In this document: piece by piece, positions 54,668 to 64,000 of the stretch | Numbering within the stretch: position 1 is the first letter of the stretch | How the letters are laid out: each line of letters begins with the position of its first letter | Origin: an uncultured Candidatus Saccharibacteria bacterium | GTDB lineage: Bacteria; Patescibacteriota; Minisyncoccia; UBA6257; XYB1-36-10 | Length of the DNA stretch: 64,000 nt | Direction of reading: 5' to 3' | Assembly (NCBI GenBank): GCA_964362215.1 | Contig: CAYIDJ010000001.1 | Coordinates: 13,151-77,150, forward strand | Notes under the pieces: model-generated | Database searches by the model: none | Seen by the model: only the letters and a program-made list of their open reading frames with translations | Told to the model about the DNA's origin: nothing | Position numbers and translations under genes: made by a program

Positions 54668-56029
54668 TTAACTCTTGTATATTAATTCCTTTATTAAATT
54701 AACTTTTTGGTTTAAATTACTATTTTTTAATATTTCCTTGTTTATTTTTTCACAGGCATGGATAGCGGTTGTGTGGTCTCTCTTCCCCACCTTATCCCCA
54801 ATAAAAGGATAAGACATACTTAAAACATTACGGAGTAAATACATTATTATCTGCCTTGGTTCCACTATCTCTTTTTTTCTTGATTTTCCTACTAAATCAC
54901 TTATTGGGACCTCATAAAAATCAGCTACTGCCTTAATAATCTTATTTGGATTAACATTCTTATTACTTTGATTGTTTTTACTTATTATATCTTCTACCAC
55001 TTCCTCCGTAATTTGTATATTTTTACTTTCTTTTACGAATATTATTTTATTTAATATCCCCTCTATTTCTCTTATGTTTTTGGTTAATTTATTAGCTATT
55101 AAACTCACCACCGGCTCGTCCAGGGAATGGTGGCATTCCTGCAATTTTGTCTTTATTATCGCCATTCTCATCTCATAGTCGGGATAACTGATATCAACCG
55201 TCATTCCCCCCTCAAACCGGCTTCTTAAGCGCTCCTGTAACGTTGGTAATTCACTGGGTGGACGATCGGAAGAAATTATAATCTGCTTGTTAATTGAGTG
55301 TAAAGCGTTAAAAGTGTGAAAAAATTCTTCCTCCGTCTTTTCTTTACCTCCAATAAACTGTATATCGTCTATAATTAAAGTATCCACGTTCCGGTAGCGG
55401 CTCTTTATATCCTCCATCCGCTTATTTTTTATAGCCCAAACCACGTCGCTAACGAACCTTTCTGAAGTCACATACTTGACGGAAACCACATCTTTATACA
55501 TAGCCATAATCTCATTGCCGATTGACTGTATTAAATGGGTTTTTCCCAACCCCACCCCTCCGTAAATAAACAGCGGATTGTACTTTACTCCCACATTTTT
55601 TACTACCGCCTGCGCGGCGGCAAAAGCCAGCTCATTAGCCGATCCCACCACAAAGTTTTTGAATGTATATTTAGGATTAAGATTGGTGTTCGGGTTTATT
55701 TTAAACTCCGGAAACATCATTTGCGCGGAAGGCATATAAGCCGTTTTAGCTTTATGCGACAATGTTAACGCCTTAAATATCCCCCCCGACACCACAAACT
55801 CCACTTTTCTGGCGGAAGAATCCAAATTGCGCAGTACGCTTAAAATATTTTTATTATATTTATTTTCCACCCACTCCTTTGAAAAATTATTTGGCAGTGC
55901 TATCACAAAAGTGCCGGCATCGTCCTTATCTACTAATTTACTGTTCTTAAGCCAGGTATGAAAATTAGCGTGAGTCAGCTGAACTTCCATTTCCCCTAAT
56001 ACCGATTCCCAAATTTTTTCCAACTCCAT
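54668..56029 (-). CDS. dnaA: Chromosomal replication initiator protein DnaA
   Basis: AAA+ Walker A GGVGLGKTHL, sensor motifs, and the C-terminal DNA-binding domain (DHTTAIHACEKI). Confidence 0.9.
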   Translation of the reverse strand: MELEKIWESVLGEMEVQLTHANFHTWLKNSKLVDKDDAGTFVIALPNNFSKEWVENKYNKNILSVLRNLDSSARKVEFVVSGGIFKALTLSHKAKTAYMPSAQMMFPEFKINPNTNLNPKYTFKNFVVGSANELAFAAAQAVVKNVGVKYNPLFIYGGVGLGKTHLIQSIGNEIMAMYKDVVSVKYVTSERFVSDVVWAIKNKRMEDIKSRYRNVDTLIIDDIQFIGGKEKTEEEFFHTFNALHSINKQIIISSDRPPSELPTLQERLRSRFEGGMTVDISYPDYEMRMAIIKTKLQECHHSLDEPVVSLIANKLTKNIREIEGILNKIIFVKESKNIQITEEVVEDIISKNNQSNKNVNPNKIIKAVADFYEVPISDLVGKSRKKEIVEPRQIIMYLLRNVLSMSYPFIGDKVGKRDHTTAIHACEKINKEILKNSNLNQKVNLIKELIYKS

Positions 56030-56228
56030 ATTAATTTAGAAACATTATACTCTCTTTTTTTAAAAAACACTTACCCCGTCAAATTTAGTCAGTTTATTTT
56101 ACCCTGTCCCACTCCTCTTTCCAACCTAAAAATCTGTAGGAACGCCGTTGACGCGCCGTGTCAATGACATTTCTACCTTCCTCCCACTTTTGATTTTTTT
56201 ATTTAATTCTGCTACATTTATAGCGCTT

Positions 56229-56363
56229 ATGTCCCAAACTTATCAACCTAAAAAGAAAAAACGCCGCCGCACCCACGGTTTTCTGAAACGCCGCCGCACC
56301 CCTACCGGCCGCAATGTTCTCTCCCGCCGCCGCCGCAAAGGCCGTCGCCGCCTCGCCGTTTAA
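56229..56363 (+). CDS. rpmH: 50S ribosomal protein L34
   Basis: [44 protein letters not shown]. Start trimmed from the longer ORF. Confidence 0.9.
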   Translation: MSQTYQPKKKKRRRTHGFLKRRRTPTGRNVLSRRRRKGRRRLAV

Positions 56364-56417
56364 TTTAATCATTACTTTTTAGTACAAATTTGCCCGCCAG
56401 CCAATATTATTTATCTT

Positions 56418-56738
56418 ATGCTGGCCAAGAAATATAAACTGTCCTCTTCTTCCTTTCCCCGTCCCTCTCACCTCGGCCGCTCCGGACGTTATCTGTCCGT
56501 AAACCTCTCCCCTACCTCCCTCCCTTTCAGCCGTTTTGGAATTATTGTCAGCTTAAAGTATGATAAGCGTGCTGTCGCTCGCCACCGCCTCAAAAGAGAA
56601 ATCTTTGAACTTATCAGAAAAACCGGCGCTTTCCGTGTTCCCGGCCATGACATTGTTGTTGTTGTCAAAAAAGGAGTAACCTCCGTCGACCTGATTCCAA
56701 TTACTAAAGAGGCCTCCTCTCTACTCTCCAATCTCTAA
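56418..56738 (+). CDS. rnpA: Ribonuclease P protein component
   Basis: Follows rpmH. Basic, with an RNR-like motif (KRAVARHRLKR). 106 aa. Confidence 0.75.
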   Translation: MLAKKYKLSSSSFPRPSHLGRSGRYLSVNLSPTSLPFSRFGIIVSLKYDKRAVARHRLKREIFELIRKTGAFRVPGHDIVVVVKKGVTSVDLIPITKEASSLLSNL

Positions 56739-56741
56739 CTT

Positions 56742-57494
56742 ATGACTTTTTTATTTAACGAAATTCTCTATCGTCCCATCCTCAACGCTTTAGTGTTGGT
56801 TTATAACCATCTTTCCTTTGGTAGTTGGGGACTGGCGGTTATTATCATTACCGTCATCATCCGGATTATTCTCTTTCCTTTCTTCCATAAAGCCAGCCGC
56901 AGCCAGGCGATTATGCAGAAAATTCAACCCCAAATAAAAGACATTACTGATCGCCATCAAAACAACAAAGAAAAGCAAATGAGAGAGATAATGGCTCTCT
57001 ATCAAAAACATCGCGTCAACCCTTTTTCCAGCTTTGGCCTTCTCTTTATTCAACTGCCCGTGCTGATTGCTCTTTATCTTGTTTTTTTACGCGGTCTAAC
57101 TCCCGACAACCTTTCTCTTCTCTACTCCTTCGTCTCCGCGCCTCTTCATGTTGACTTCACCTTTCTATGGTTGATAAATCTAAAAGAAAGTAGTATTATA
57201 ATTGTCGTTGTCGCCGCCGCTCTCCAGTACCTTCAGGCCCGCCTTAGTCTGCCGCGCCGGCAACCCGCGGCCGCCGTTTCTTCCGCCGAACGCCTAGGGC
57301 GTCAAATGTCTTTTATCGGCCCGGTTGTTACTCTCCTCGTTTTAATCAATCTCCCCTCGGTTATCGGTATTTACTGGATAACAACTTCCGCTTTCTCTAT
57401 CTTCCAGCAGCTTATTATCAATCGCTCTCTATCCGACTCTAACTACCAAGAACATGGACCAGACGGAAACAAAAACAATCAAACCAATCCTTGA
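56742..57494 (+). CDS. yidC: Membrane protein insertase YidC (short Oxa1-like form)
   Basis: Five-transmembrane core with conserved RILLFPF...MQKIQPQIKDI...MALYQKHRVNPFSS segments. Confidence 0.85.
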   Translation: MTFLFNEILYRPILNALVLVYNHLSFGSWGLAVIIITVIIRIILFPFFHKASRSQAIMQKIQPQIKDITDRHQNNKEKQMREIMALYQKHRVNPFSSFGLLFIQLPVLIALYLVFLRGLTPDNLSLLYSFVSAPLHVDFTFLWLINLKESSIIIVVVAAALQYLQARLSLPRRQPAAAVSSAERLGRQMSFIGPVVTLLVLINLPSVIGIYWITTSAFSIFQQLIINRSLSDSNYQEHGPDGNKNNQTNP

Positions 57495-57903
57495 ACAAAT
57501 TATCGCCTTAATGAACATTGGCGACTTTAGAGTTGAATGGAACGAAGAATTGCGTCGCCTCAGCGTCTTCATTGATAATGAATATTTCATTAAAGACCAA
57601 CTGCCGCCGCTGGTTGAAAACCTCAATCATTTAGGCCAGTTGATTGCCAAAAAAATCGGCGTGAGTTTAGGTTGTGTGGACGTCAACAACTATCGTTTGG
57701 AACGCGAACGCATCATTACCGACTTAGCCCGCGCCGCCGCTCGCAAAGCCATCATGACTAAAAACGAAGTATCTCTCCCTATTATGAACTCCTACGAACG
57801 CCGCCTCATTCATATGGAGCTCGCCATGCATCCTGACATTCGCACCGAAAGCGATGGCGAAGGGCGCTCCCGCCACGTCAAAATCAAACCCATCCTTGAA
57901 TAA
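57454..57903 (+). CDS. Jag/KhpB RNA-binding protein (KH plus R3H)
   Basis: R3H motif SYERRLIHMEL. Conserved position after yidC. Confidence 0.75.
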   Translation: MDQTETKTIKPILEQIIALMNIGDFRVEWNEELRRLSVFIDNEYFIKDQLPPLVENLNHLGQLIAKKIGVSLGCVDVNNYRLERERIITDLARAAARKAIMTKNEVSLPIMNSYERRLIHMELAMHPDIRTESDGEGRSRHVKIKPILE

Positions 57904-57996
57904 AAATAAAAATCCGCCCCCTAGGCGGATTACTTTTTCATCCAACTTCCATTTCATCCAACTTCCATCTTCTAATTATAATCAGATCATATAAAT

Positions 57997-58147
57997 AGCT
58001 CGCTAATATACTCAAGCGCGCATCCGAGCCCGAGCGGGCACGGTTCCCCTCTCTTTCCTGCTCTGTAAGAGAGGGGGGAGCGAGGGCGAGGCGTAGTCCA
58101 TTCCCTCGCTGGGGGAATGGACGGTAGCGAGAGTATATTGGCAAGCT
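57997..58147. repeat. Family-2 structured element, copy 2 (between convergent jag and clpP)
   Basis: agctcgctaatatactcAAGCGCGCATCCGAGCCCGAGCGGGCAcggttcccctctc...gagaggggGGAGCGAGGGCGAGGCGTAGtccattccctcgctgggggaatggACGGTAGCGAgagtatattggcaagct. Confidence 0.8.
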
Positions 58148-58156
58148 ATTTCCTCT

Positions 58157-58747
58157 TTATTTTTTCCCGTTTGACTTCACAATCTCGTCAATAATCCCGT
58201 ACTTCTTCGCCTCTTCCGCTGACAGGTAAAAATCGCGGTCGGTGTCTTTTTCTATTTTTGAGGGTGACTGCTTGGTGTGGCGGACTAAAATGTCGTTTAT
58301 CTGCTTTTTAATCTTCAAAATTTGCTTGGCGCTTATCTCAATATCGCTCGCCTGTCCCTCAAATCCGCCCATTGGCTGGTGCAGCATTATTTGTGAATTA
58401 GGCAGGGCTATCCGCTTTCCCTTCTCCCCTGCCGCCAGTAGCACCGCCGCCATTGACGCCGCTATACCCACGCATACCGTTGACACGTTCGGCTTTACAA
58501 ACTGCATCGTATCGTAAATGGCCATTCCCGCCGTCACCGACCCGCCCGGGCTGTTGATATAGAGCTTAATGTCCTTTTTCTGGTCCTCATGCTCTAAAAA
58601 CAGCAATTGAGCGATAATGGTGTTGGCTACCGGGTCTACGATCGGCCCGCCCAAAAACACTATCCTTTCCTTCAAAAGACGTGAATATATATCAAACGCC
58701 CTCTCCCCAAACTGACTTTTCTCTATTACCGTCGGAATTAAATTCAT
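58157..58747 (-). CDS. clpP: ATP-dependent Clp protease proteolytic subunit
   Basis: Catalytic Ser in GIAASMAA, His in MLHQP, and the overall ClpP fold. Confidence 0.9.
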   Translation of the reverse strand: MNLIPTVIEKSQFGERAFDIYSRLLKERIVFLGGPIVDPVANTIIAQLLFLEHEDQKKDIKLYINSPGGSVTAGMAIYDTMQFVKPNVSTVCVGIAASMAAVLLAAGEKGKRIALPNSQIMLHQPMGGFEGQASDIEISAKQILKIKKQINDILVRHTKQSPSKIEKDTDRDFYLSAEEAKKYGIIDEIVKSNGKK

Positions 58748-58913
58748 ATTCTTTATAATAAACGATTATTCCACTACCGTCAAATACATAAACCACAATT
58801 CATCTATAAATAAAAGTTACCTTGAGGTAACTACCTTAAGTCCAACTCCATCCCCCTATGGTTGGCAACTTAAAAAGCATCTCACTGATATACGATTACA
58901 ATATTAATTAGAT

Positions 58914-59118
58914 AACTCACTAATATATTCGAGCGCGCATCCGAGGTCGAGCGGGCACGGTCTGAGCGCTTAAATTTCTCAATTTGAGCGCTCGGGAGCG
59001 AGACCGAGGCGTAGTCCATTCTCTCGTCCCGATTTTTGTTCACAAAAATCGAGGATTCTCGATAGCGAAGCTATCGGAACTAGGAGAATGGACGGTAGCG
59101 AAAATACATTAGTGAGTC
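58914..59118. repeat. Family-2 structured element, copy 3 (tig-clpP intergenic), with expanded internal hairpins
   Basis: aactcactaatatattcGAGCGCGCATCCGAGGTCGAGCGGGCAcggtctgagcgc...gagcgctcGGGAGCGAGACCGAGGCGTAGtccattctctcg...ggagaatggACGGTAGCGAaaatacattagtgagt. GGTC/GACC here covaries with GCCC/GGGC in copies 1 and 2. Confidence 0.8.
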
Positions 59119-59157
59119 ATCCGCACTTACAACCTACTATACTATCAAATCATCCAC

Positions 59158-60204
59158 TTATATTTTCTCCAACCATCTAAACACCTTTTCATTCTTCACT
59201 TTCCCATAACCAAAATCATATAACTGCTGCAAATTCACTTCCCTTTTTTTACTCTCCGACACTGCTGCTAAATGACGATTCATCTCCTCTTGCGTCTCCT
59301 CCTGCGTCGGTATCACCTTTTCTTCTTTGGCTATCGCGTCCAGAACCAAATGCGCTCTTATCTCCTTTTCTGCCTGCTGTTTCAAAGCTTCACTTAATTT
59401 TTCCCCGCTCTCATAATACTTTTTAACGTACTCGTCAAAAGTTATATTCCCCTCGTTCAAACTTTGTTTCAATTCCTCCTTCATATTTTCCGCCGCTCTC
59501 TCCGTCATCATCGCCGGCACCGTCAACCGCGCTCCTCTTATCGCCTCCTCCAATATTCTGGCGCGGTTTTTATCCGCTTCCCTTACCTTTTTTTCCGCCA
59601 CCAGCCCTTCGCGAATACTGTCTTTAAGTTCTGCCACACTCTTAAAATTGCCGAAACTTTTTGCTTCCTCATCCGTCAATTCCGTTTTCTTTTCTTTATC
59701 CCCTTCCCGCTTCTTCTCTCGTGACGCCCTAAGCCACCCTATCGCTTGCTCCACCTCCTCCTCGGTGACTTTTATGTTTTTTAGCTTTTCTCCTAATTCC
59801 TGATTCGCTTGTTTAGCCGCCGCTTTATACTCGCCTAACTTTACTTCCGGAAAAGGCACTACTCTGGCCTCATATGTCAGTCCTTCGTTGTCTTCTTTTA
59901 TTGTCACCTGCGGCGGCGCAACCAGCGTCCATTCTTTTTCGCTTACTATATTCTTCAGTGTTTTTTTAATTGCCATCTCCGCCGCGGCGTTAAAAATTTT
60001 TTCTTTATTGAGGTAAGGATTCACCATCTCGGCTGGCGCCTGTCCTCGTCTGAACCCCCTTATTTCTACCTGGCTTGCTTCTGCCGCTTCCGCCGCCTCC
60101 CAATATTCCTTAAATTCTTCCCTTTGTAGTTTTATCTCTATCGCCAAACTGCCGTCTCCTTTATCTTCTATTTTTTCTTCCGCCATAACTTTTTTTACAG
60201 CCAA
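59158..60204 (-). CDS. tig: Trigger factor (short form, apparently lacking the FKBP/PPIase domain)
   Basis: N-terminal ribosome-binding region (GFRRGQAP signature), helical C-terminal arm domain. 348 aa. Conserved tig-clpP arrangement. Confidence 0.7.
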   Translation of the reverse strand: MAVKKVMAEEKIEDKGDGSLAIEIKLQREEFKEYWEAAEAAEASQVEIRGFRRGQAPAEMVNPYLNKEKIFNAAAEMAIKKTLKNIVSEKEWTLVAPPQVTIKEDNEGLTYEARVVPFPEVKLGEYKAAAKQANQELGEKLKNIKVTEEEVEQAIGWLRASREKKREGDKEKKTELTDEEAKSFGNFKSVAELKDSIREGLVAEKKVREADKNRARILEEAIRGARLTVPAMMTERAAENMKEELKQSLNEGNITFDEYVKKYYESGEKLSEALKQQAEKEIRAHLVLDAIAKEEKVIPTQEETQEEMNRHLAAVSESKKREVNLQQLYDFGYGKVKNEKVFRWLEKI

Positions 60205-62198
60205 CTGGCTATTAACAACGCCACAATATTCATCACCTTTATCAGCGGGTTGATTGCCGGCCCAGCCGTGTCCTTATAAGGGTCGCCGACCGTGTCTCCC
60301 GTTATCGCCGCCTTATGTGTCTCCGAACCCTTGCCGCCCCCATACCCCTTTTCTATATATTTTTTAGCATTGTCCCAAGCCGCTCCGCCGGAAGTCATTG
60401 ATAGCGCCACAAAAAGTCCCGCCACTATCGCTCCGATTAAAAGGCCTCCCAGCGCCACTGGCCCTAAAATAAATCCTACCAAAAGCACCGCGGCAATCGG
60501 TATTCCGGCTGGCACTATCATCTCCCTAATCGCCGCTTTAGTAACTATATCCACCGCCTTTCCGTATTCCGGCTTGGCGGTTCGTTCCATAATTCCCGGT
60601 ATCTCTCTAAACTGCCGGCGCACTTCTTCTACTACCGCTCCTGCCGCCTTCCCTACCGATTTCATTGCCATCGAGGCGAACAAATACGGTACCGCCGCGC
60701 CCAAAAACAATCCCGCTAAGAGATATGGGTCTCGCAGGTCAAACGCCACCGCTTTTTCCGCCAGCTCTTCCGCGTATCCTCCAAACAGTACCAGCGCCGC
60801 CAACCCCGCCGAAGCAATGGCATATCCCTTGGTTATCGCTTTAGTTGTGTTTCCTACCGCGTCCAACGCGTCCGTCACCTTTCTGATTTCCTCCGGCGCC
60901 TCCGTCATCTCGGCGATGCCGCCGGCGTTGTCTGTTATCGGACCGAATGAATCAATGGACACAATCATACCCGCCACCGACAGCATCCCCACTGCCGCTA
61001 CCGCCACTCCGTAAATGCCGGCAAGATAAAAACTCAAAATCATTCCTCCGGCGATTACCGCGATCGGCAACGCTGTTGCCTCCATTCCCACCGCCAACCC
61101 CATAATGATATTTGTTCCGTGGCCCGATTGCGACGCCTTCGCTATGCTTTTAACCGGCCGATACTTAACCGATGTGTAGTAATCGGTTATTCCGACCATT
61201 AAAATCGTAACCGCCAATCCTGTTACCGCCGCGTAAAACAGGCTCGTGAATTGTTCCGCTGGCAACATCGCTTTTGAAGCGAAATAAAACAACACCGCCG
61301 ACAGCCCCAAAGACACCCACAACCCCTTATATAGCGCTCCCATAATTCTGTTGGCGTGCCATTCCTCCTCCCCGCCGCTTTTTCGGCTTATCTTCACAAA
61401 AAAAGTTCCAACAATAGAAGCTAATATCGCCAACCCTCCTAAAACCAGCGGGTAAATTGTGTATACTCCCCCTCCCATTATTGCCACTCCCAAAAGTATC
61501 GCCGCCGTAATCGTTACGGTATATGTCTCAAATAAGTCCGCCGCCATTCCGGCGCAATCGCCGACGTTATCGCCCACGTTATCCGCGATCACCGCCGGGT
61601 TTCGCGGGTCATCCTCCGGAATGCCCGCCTCCATCTTTCCCACTAAATCCGCTCCCACGTCAGCGGCTTTTGTGTATATTCCTCCTCCCAACCTGGCGAA
61701 GACCGAAATCAAACTGGCGCCGAACCCCATGCCGATTAAAACGCCCACATTATTCGTATACAAATAAAATCCTGCCGTGACGAGAAGTGCCATCGCCACG
61801 ACAATCAGTCCTGTTACCGTTCCCGCGCGGAAAGCCAATTCCATTGCCCTCTTGAGTCCGTTCTTGGCCGCCTCCGTTGTTCTGGCGTTTGACCTTACGG
61901 CCACGTTCATTCCCACATAACCAGCTAAAGTTGACGCCGCCGCTCCCGCTAAAAACCCCATTCCCTCCGCCACCCCTATAAAATAAGCCACCGCCGCCAA
62001 GAGCGCCGCCGCGACTATTGCCACCGCCTTATACTGCCTGTTTAAATACGCTCTTGACCCTTCTAAAATTGCTCTGGAAATCTCTCTCATCTTCTCATTA
62101 CCCTGTGGTTGCTTGCCTATCCACCACGCGATATACGCGCTGTAAGCGATCGCTAAAATCACCGGCCCGAATATTAAATAATAAATTATTTCACTCAT
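60195..62198 (-). CDS. hppA: Membrane-bound proton-translocating pyrophosphatase
   Basis: [38 protein letters not shown] and multiple transmembrane helices. 667 aa. Confidence 0.9.
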   Translation of the reverse strand: MSEIIYYLIFGPVILAIAYSAYIAWWIGKQPQGNEKMREISRAILEGSRAYLNRQYKAVAIVAAALLAAVAYFIGVAEGMGFLAGAAASTLAGYVGMNVAVRSNARTTEAAKNGLKRAMELAFRAGTVTGLIVVAMALLVTAGFYLYTNNVGVLIGMGFGASLISVFARLGGGIYTKAADVGADLVGKMEAGIPEDDPRNPAVIADNVGDNVGDCAGMAADLFETYTVTITAAILLGVAIMGGGVYTIYPLVLGGLAILASIVGTFFVKISRKSGGEEEWHANRIMGALYKGLWVSLGLSAVLFYFASKAMLPAEQFTSLFYAAVTGLAVTILMVGITDYYTSVKYRPVKSIAKASQSGHGTNIIMGLAVGMEATALPIAVIAGGMILSFYLAGIYGVAVAAVGMLSVAGMIVSIDSFGPITDNAGGIAEMTEAPEEIRKVTDALDAVGNTTKAITKGYAIASAGLAALVLFGGYAEELAEKAVAFDLRDPYLLAGLFLGAAVPYLFASMAMKSVGKAAGAVVEEVRRQFREIPGIMERTAKPEYGKAVDIVTKAAIREMIVPAGIPIAAVLLVGFILGPVALGGLLIGAIVAGLFVALSMTSGGAAWDNAKKYIEKGYGGGKGSETHKAAITGDTVGDPYKDTAGPAINPLIKVMNIVALLIASWL

Positions 62199-62405
62199 TT
62201 TTTTATTCCCTAATTTTAATTTTTAATCTGTCATTCTGAAGCCTTGCCGAAGAATCTTCTCCCTAGTTGCTAGTCTGACGCTTAGTCGGACTCCGACCCC
62301 TTTAGGCGTCAAGATCCCGTATCCACAGAAATCAAAATCTTTTATTTATTCTTCTTGTCATTCCCCTCCTCTCCCATAATTCTATATTCGTCGTTTGATA
62401 ATTCG

Positions 62406-63758
62406 TTATTCGTCATTTTTTTCCTCCGGCTTTACGGACTTTTCGTCTTCATCTTTTTGCTCTATTTCCTTTTCCTCCCCTTCCGCTACTGTTTCTGGTT
62501 CTTCTGTAGTCGGCTCCGCTGCTGTATCAGAATTTTCTTGAGCTGGAGTTTTATTTGCATTCTCTCCCTCTTCCGTTACTACCCCTCCCTCCACCTGTTC
62601 CTCCGGTTTGAGTATTGATCTTACGTCAATCTTAAATCCCGTCAATTTCGCCGCTAACCTCACGTTCTGTCCGCCGCGTCCGATGGCCAGCGACAACTGG
62701 TCTTCCGGCACGAATACTTTTACTTCCCGCCTTTCTCCCATTTCTGTTCCTGTTACCTTTGCCGGCGACAAGGAGTTGGCCACATACGCCTCCGGGTCTT
62801 CCGACCACTCAATTATGTCAATTTTCTCTTGTCCCACCTCATTATTTACCGCCATCACCCTCGTGCCTCTCTGCCCCACAAAACTTCCCACCGCGTCCAC
62901 TCCCGGGTCGTTGGAAGCCACCGCTATCTTAGTTCTACTTCCCGCCTCTCTGGCGATTCCTTTTATTTCCACTGTTCCATCCGTTATCTCCGGCACCTCG
63001 CTTTCAAATAATTTGCTGATGAATTTAGGATGGTTGCGCGAAAGCACGATACTCGGTCCCTTAATCTCGTCTTGTACGGCCGTTACTAAAAACTTCAACC
63101 TCTCCCCTACTCGGTAGTGTTCGCCCGGAATTGATTCGTGCCTAAACATCACTCCCTCTGTTCGTCCCAGATCCGCGTATACATTCCCTCTTTCAAATCG
63201 TCTCACTACTCCCGAAACCACTCTTCCCTCGCGGTCTTTAAACTCTTCCATTACCGACACCCTTTCCACCTCCCTCAATCTCTGTAGTATGTTTTGCTTG
63301 GCGGTCTGGGCGGCAATCCGTCCAAACTCCGCCTCCGGCGCCGGCAATTCAAAACTCATCTCCTCTCCCACCGCCGCCTCCGGCTTTATTTTTTTTGCTT
63401 CCTCAATCAAAATATGCCGGTCTGGATTATAGCGCGGCCTCTCGTCCCCTTCCTCTTTATCTTCTTCTTTCGGTGCCCCTTCTTTTTCTGCTCCTACTCC
63501 CGCTTCCGCTTCCGCCCGCATCTCCTCCTCACTCATTATTTTCACCGTTGTCTCATCCTCCACTGTCTTTGTTTGATAAAACTCCGTTTCGCCGGTATTC
63601 AAATCAAGACGTGCCTTTATCGCCATTCCTTTATGTCCGTACTCTCGGCGGTAAGCGGCCGCTATGGACGTCTCCACAATATCCAGCACTTTCTCGCTGT
63701 CTATTTTTTTCTCCTCCGCTATCTGGTCAATTACCTTCGCTAATTCTTTTAAATTCAT
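62406..63758 (-). CDS. nusA: Transcription termination/antitermination factor NusA
   Basis: NusA N-terminal domain, S1 and two KH domains, acidic C-terminal tail. Start trimmed to Met 63758 because the longer ORF reads through the Family-3 hairpin. Confidence 0.85.
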   Translation of the reverse strand: MNLKELAKVIDQIAEEKKIDSEKVLDIVETSIAAAYRREYGHKGMAIKARLDLNTGETEFYQTKTVEDETTVKIMSEEEMRAEAEAGVGAEKEGAPKEEDKEEGDERPRYNPDRHILIEEAKKIKPEAAVGEEMSFELPAPEAEFGRIAAQTAKQNILQRLREVERVSVMEEFKDREGRVVSGVVRRFERGNVYADLGRTEGVMFRHESIPGEHYRVGERLKFLVTAVQDEIKGPSIVLSRNHPKFISKLFESEVPEITDGTVEIKGIAREAGSRTKIAVASNDPGVDAVGSFVGQRGTRVMAVNNEVGQEKIDIIEWSEDPEAYVANSLSPAKVTGTEMGERREVKVFVPEDQLSLAIGRGGQNVRLAAKLTGFKIDVRSILKPEEQVEGGVVTEEGENANKTPAQENSDTAAEPTTEEPETVAEGEEKEIEQKDEDEKSVKPEEKNDE

Positions 63759-63774
63759 ACGTTTGTTTTTTTGT

Positions 63775-63803
63775 GTCATTCCAGCGAAAGCTGGAATCCA
63801 GCT
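63775..63803. repeat. Family-3 hairpin repeat, copy 5 (just upstream of nusA)
   Basis: gtcattccagcgaaagctggaatccagct. Confidence 0.7.
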
Positions 63804-63960
63804 CAATATCCCATCACTAATTTTCGACTTTAAACTTTCTACTTATTAAAACGGCCCGCTCTCCGCGGACCGCCAGTAACCATTCCCCGCCATTATATAC
63901 CAAGCATTTCCTCCCTGTCAACCCCGCTACATTATAAACAGGATACTCACTAAATAAAGC

Positions 63961-64000
63961 AAGCACCTTTCTTGCGAGACCGCGCGCCAGCCCGACCGAA
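63961..64000. repeat. Family-1 structured repeat, copy 8 (truncated by the window end; insertion-bearing variant like copy 3)
   Basis: aagcacctttcttgcgagACCGCGCGccagcccgaccgaa... Confidence 0.6.

Noticed and set aside
811-64000. Possibility that the repeat families form a CRISPR array
   Set aside because: The repeats are not regularly spaced, are >90 nt, form internal multi-helix structures and are dispersed over 60 kb. No cas genes are present.

Overview
This 64-kb chromosomal window comes from a small-genome, monoderm-like bacterium. Gene content and style (short housekeeping proteins, H+-pyrophosphatase, PilB, giant surface proteins, few recognisable metabolic genes) suggest a Patescibacteria/CPR-like organism; this is inference only.

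The window contains the replication-origin neighbourhood (dnaA-dnaN, divergent rpmH-rnpA-yidC-jag) and many core genes: rny, rnj, polA, ileS, ruvB, ruvC, yebC, PBP1A, clpP-tig, nusA, hppA, infC-rpmI-rplT, rpsT, hup, secG, gpmI, tsaE and smpB. It also holds six tRNAs (His, Phe, Pro, Arg, Gly, Leu) and a tmRNA.

Accessory content:
- A toxin-antitoxin islet next to tRNA-His (RelE/antitoxin, HicAB, an RHH protein) whose transcription units each end in the same ~35-nt terminator.
- A ~1.5-kb AT-rich islet at tRNA-Leu, bounded by 21-bp direct repeats of the tRNA 3' end and carrying a DKNYY-repeat gene.
- A 1763-aa LamG/FN3/SH3b surface protein, translationally coupled to a PrsW/CPBP-like intramembrane protease.
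- An ECF sigma/anti-sigma/secreted-protein module.
- An IleS carrying an inserted histidine-phosphatase (PGAM-like) domain.

The most striking signal is not protein-coding. At least four families of intergenic hairpin repeats are present. Family 1 has 8 copies of a ~100-nt element with three helices, each showing compensatory base changes between copies. Family 2 has 3 full copies of a 140-210-nt multi-helix element with covarying long-range pairings. Family 3 is a 29-nt hairpin in 5 copies. Family 4 is a 151-nt element with terminal inverted repeats in 2 near-identical copies. Families 1 and 2 also occur as nested composites. These look like undescribed structured RNA or MITE-like systems.
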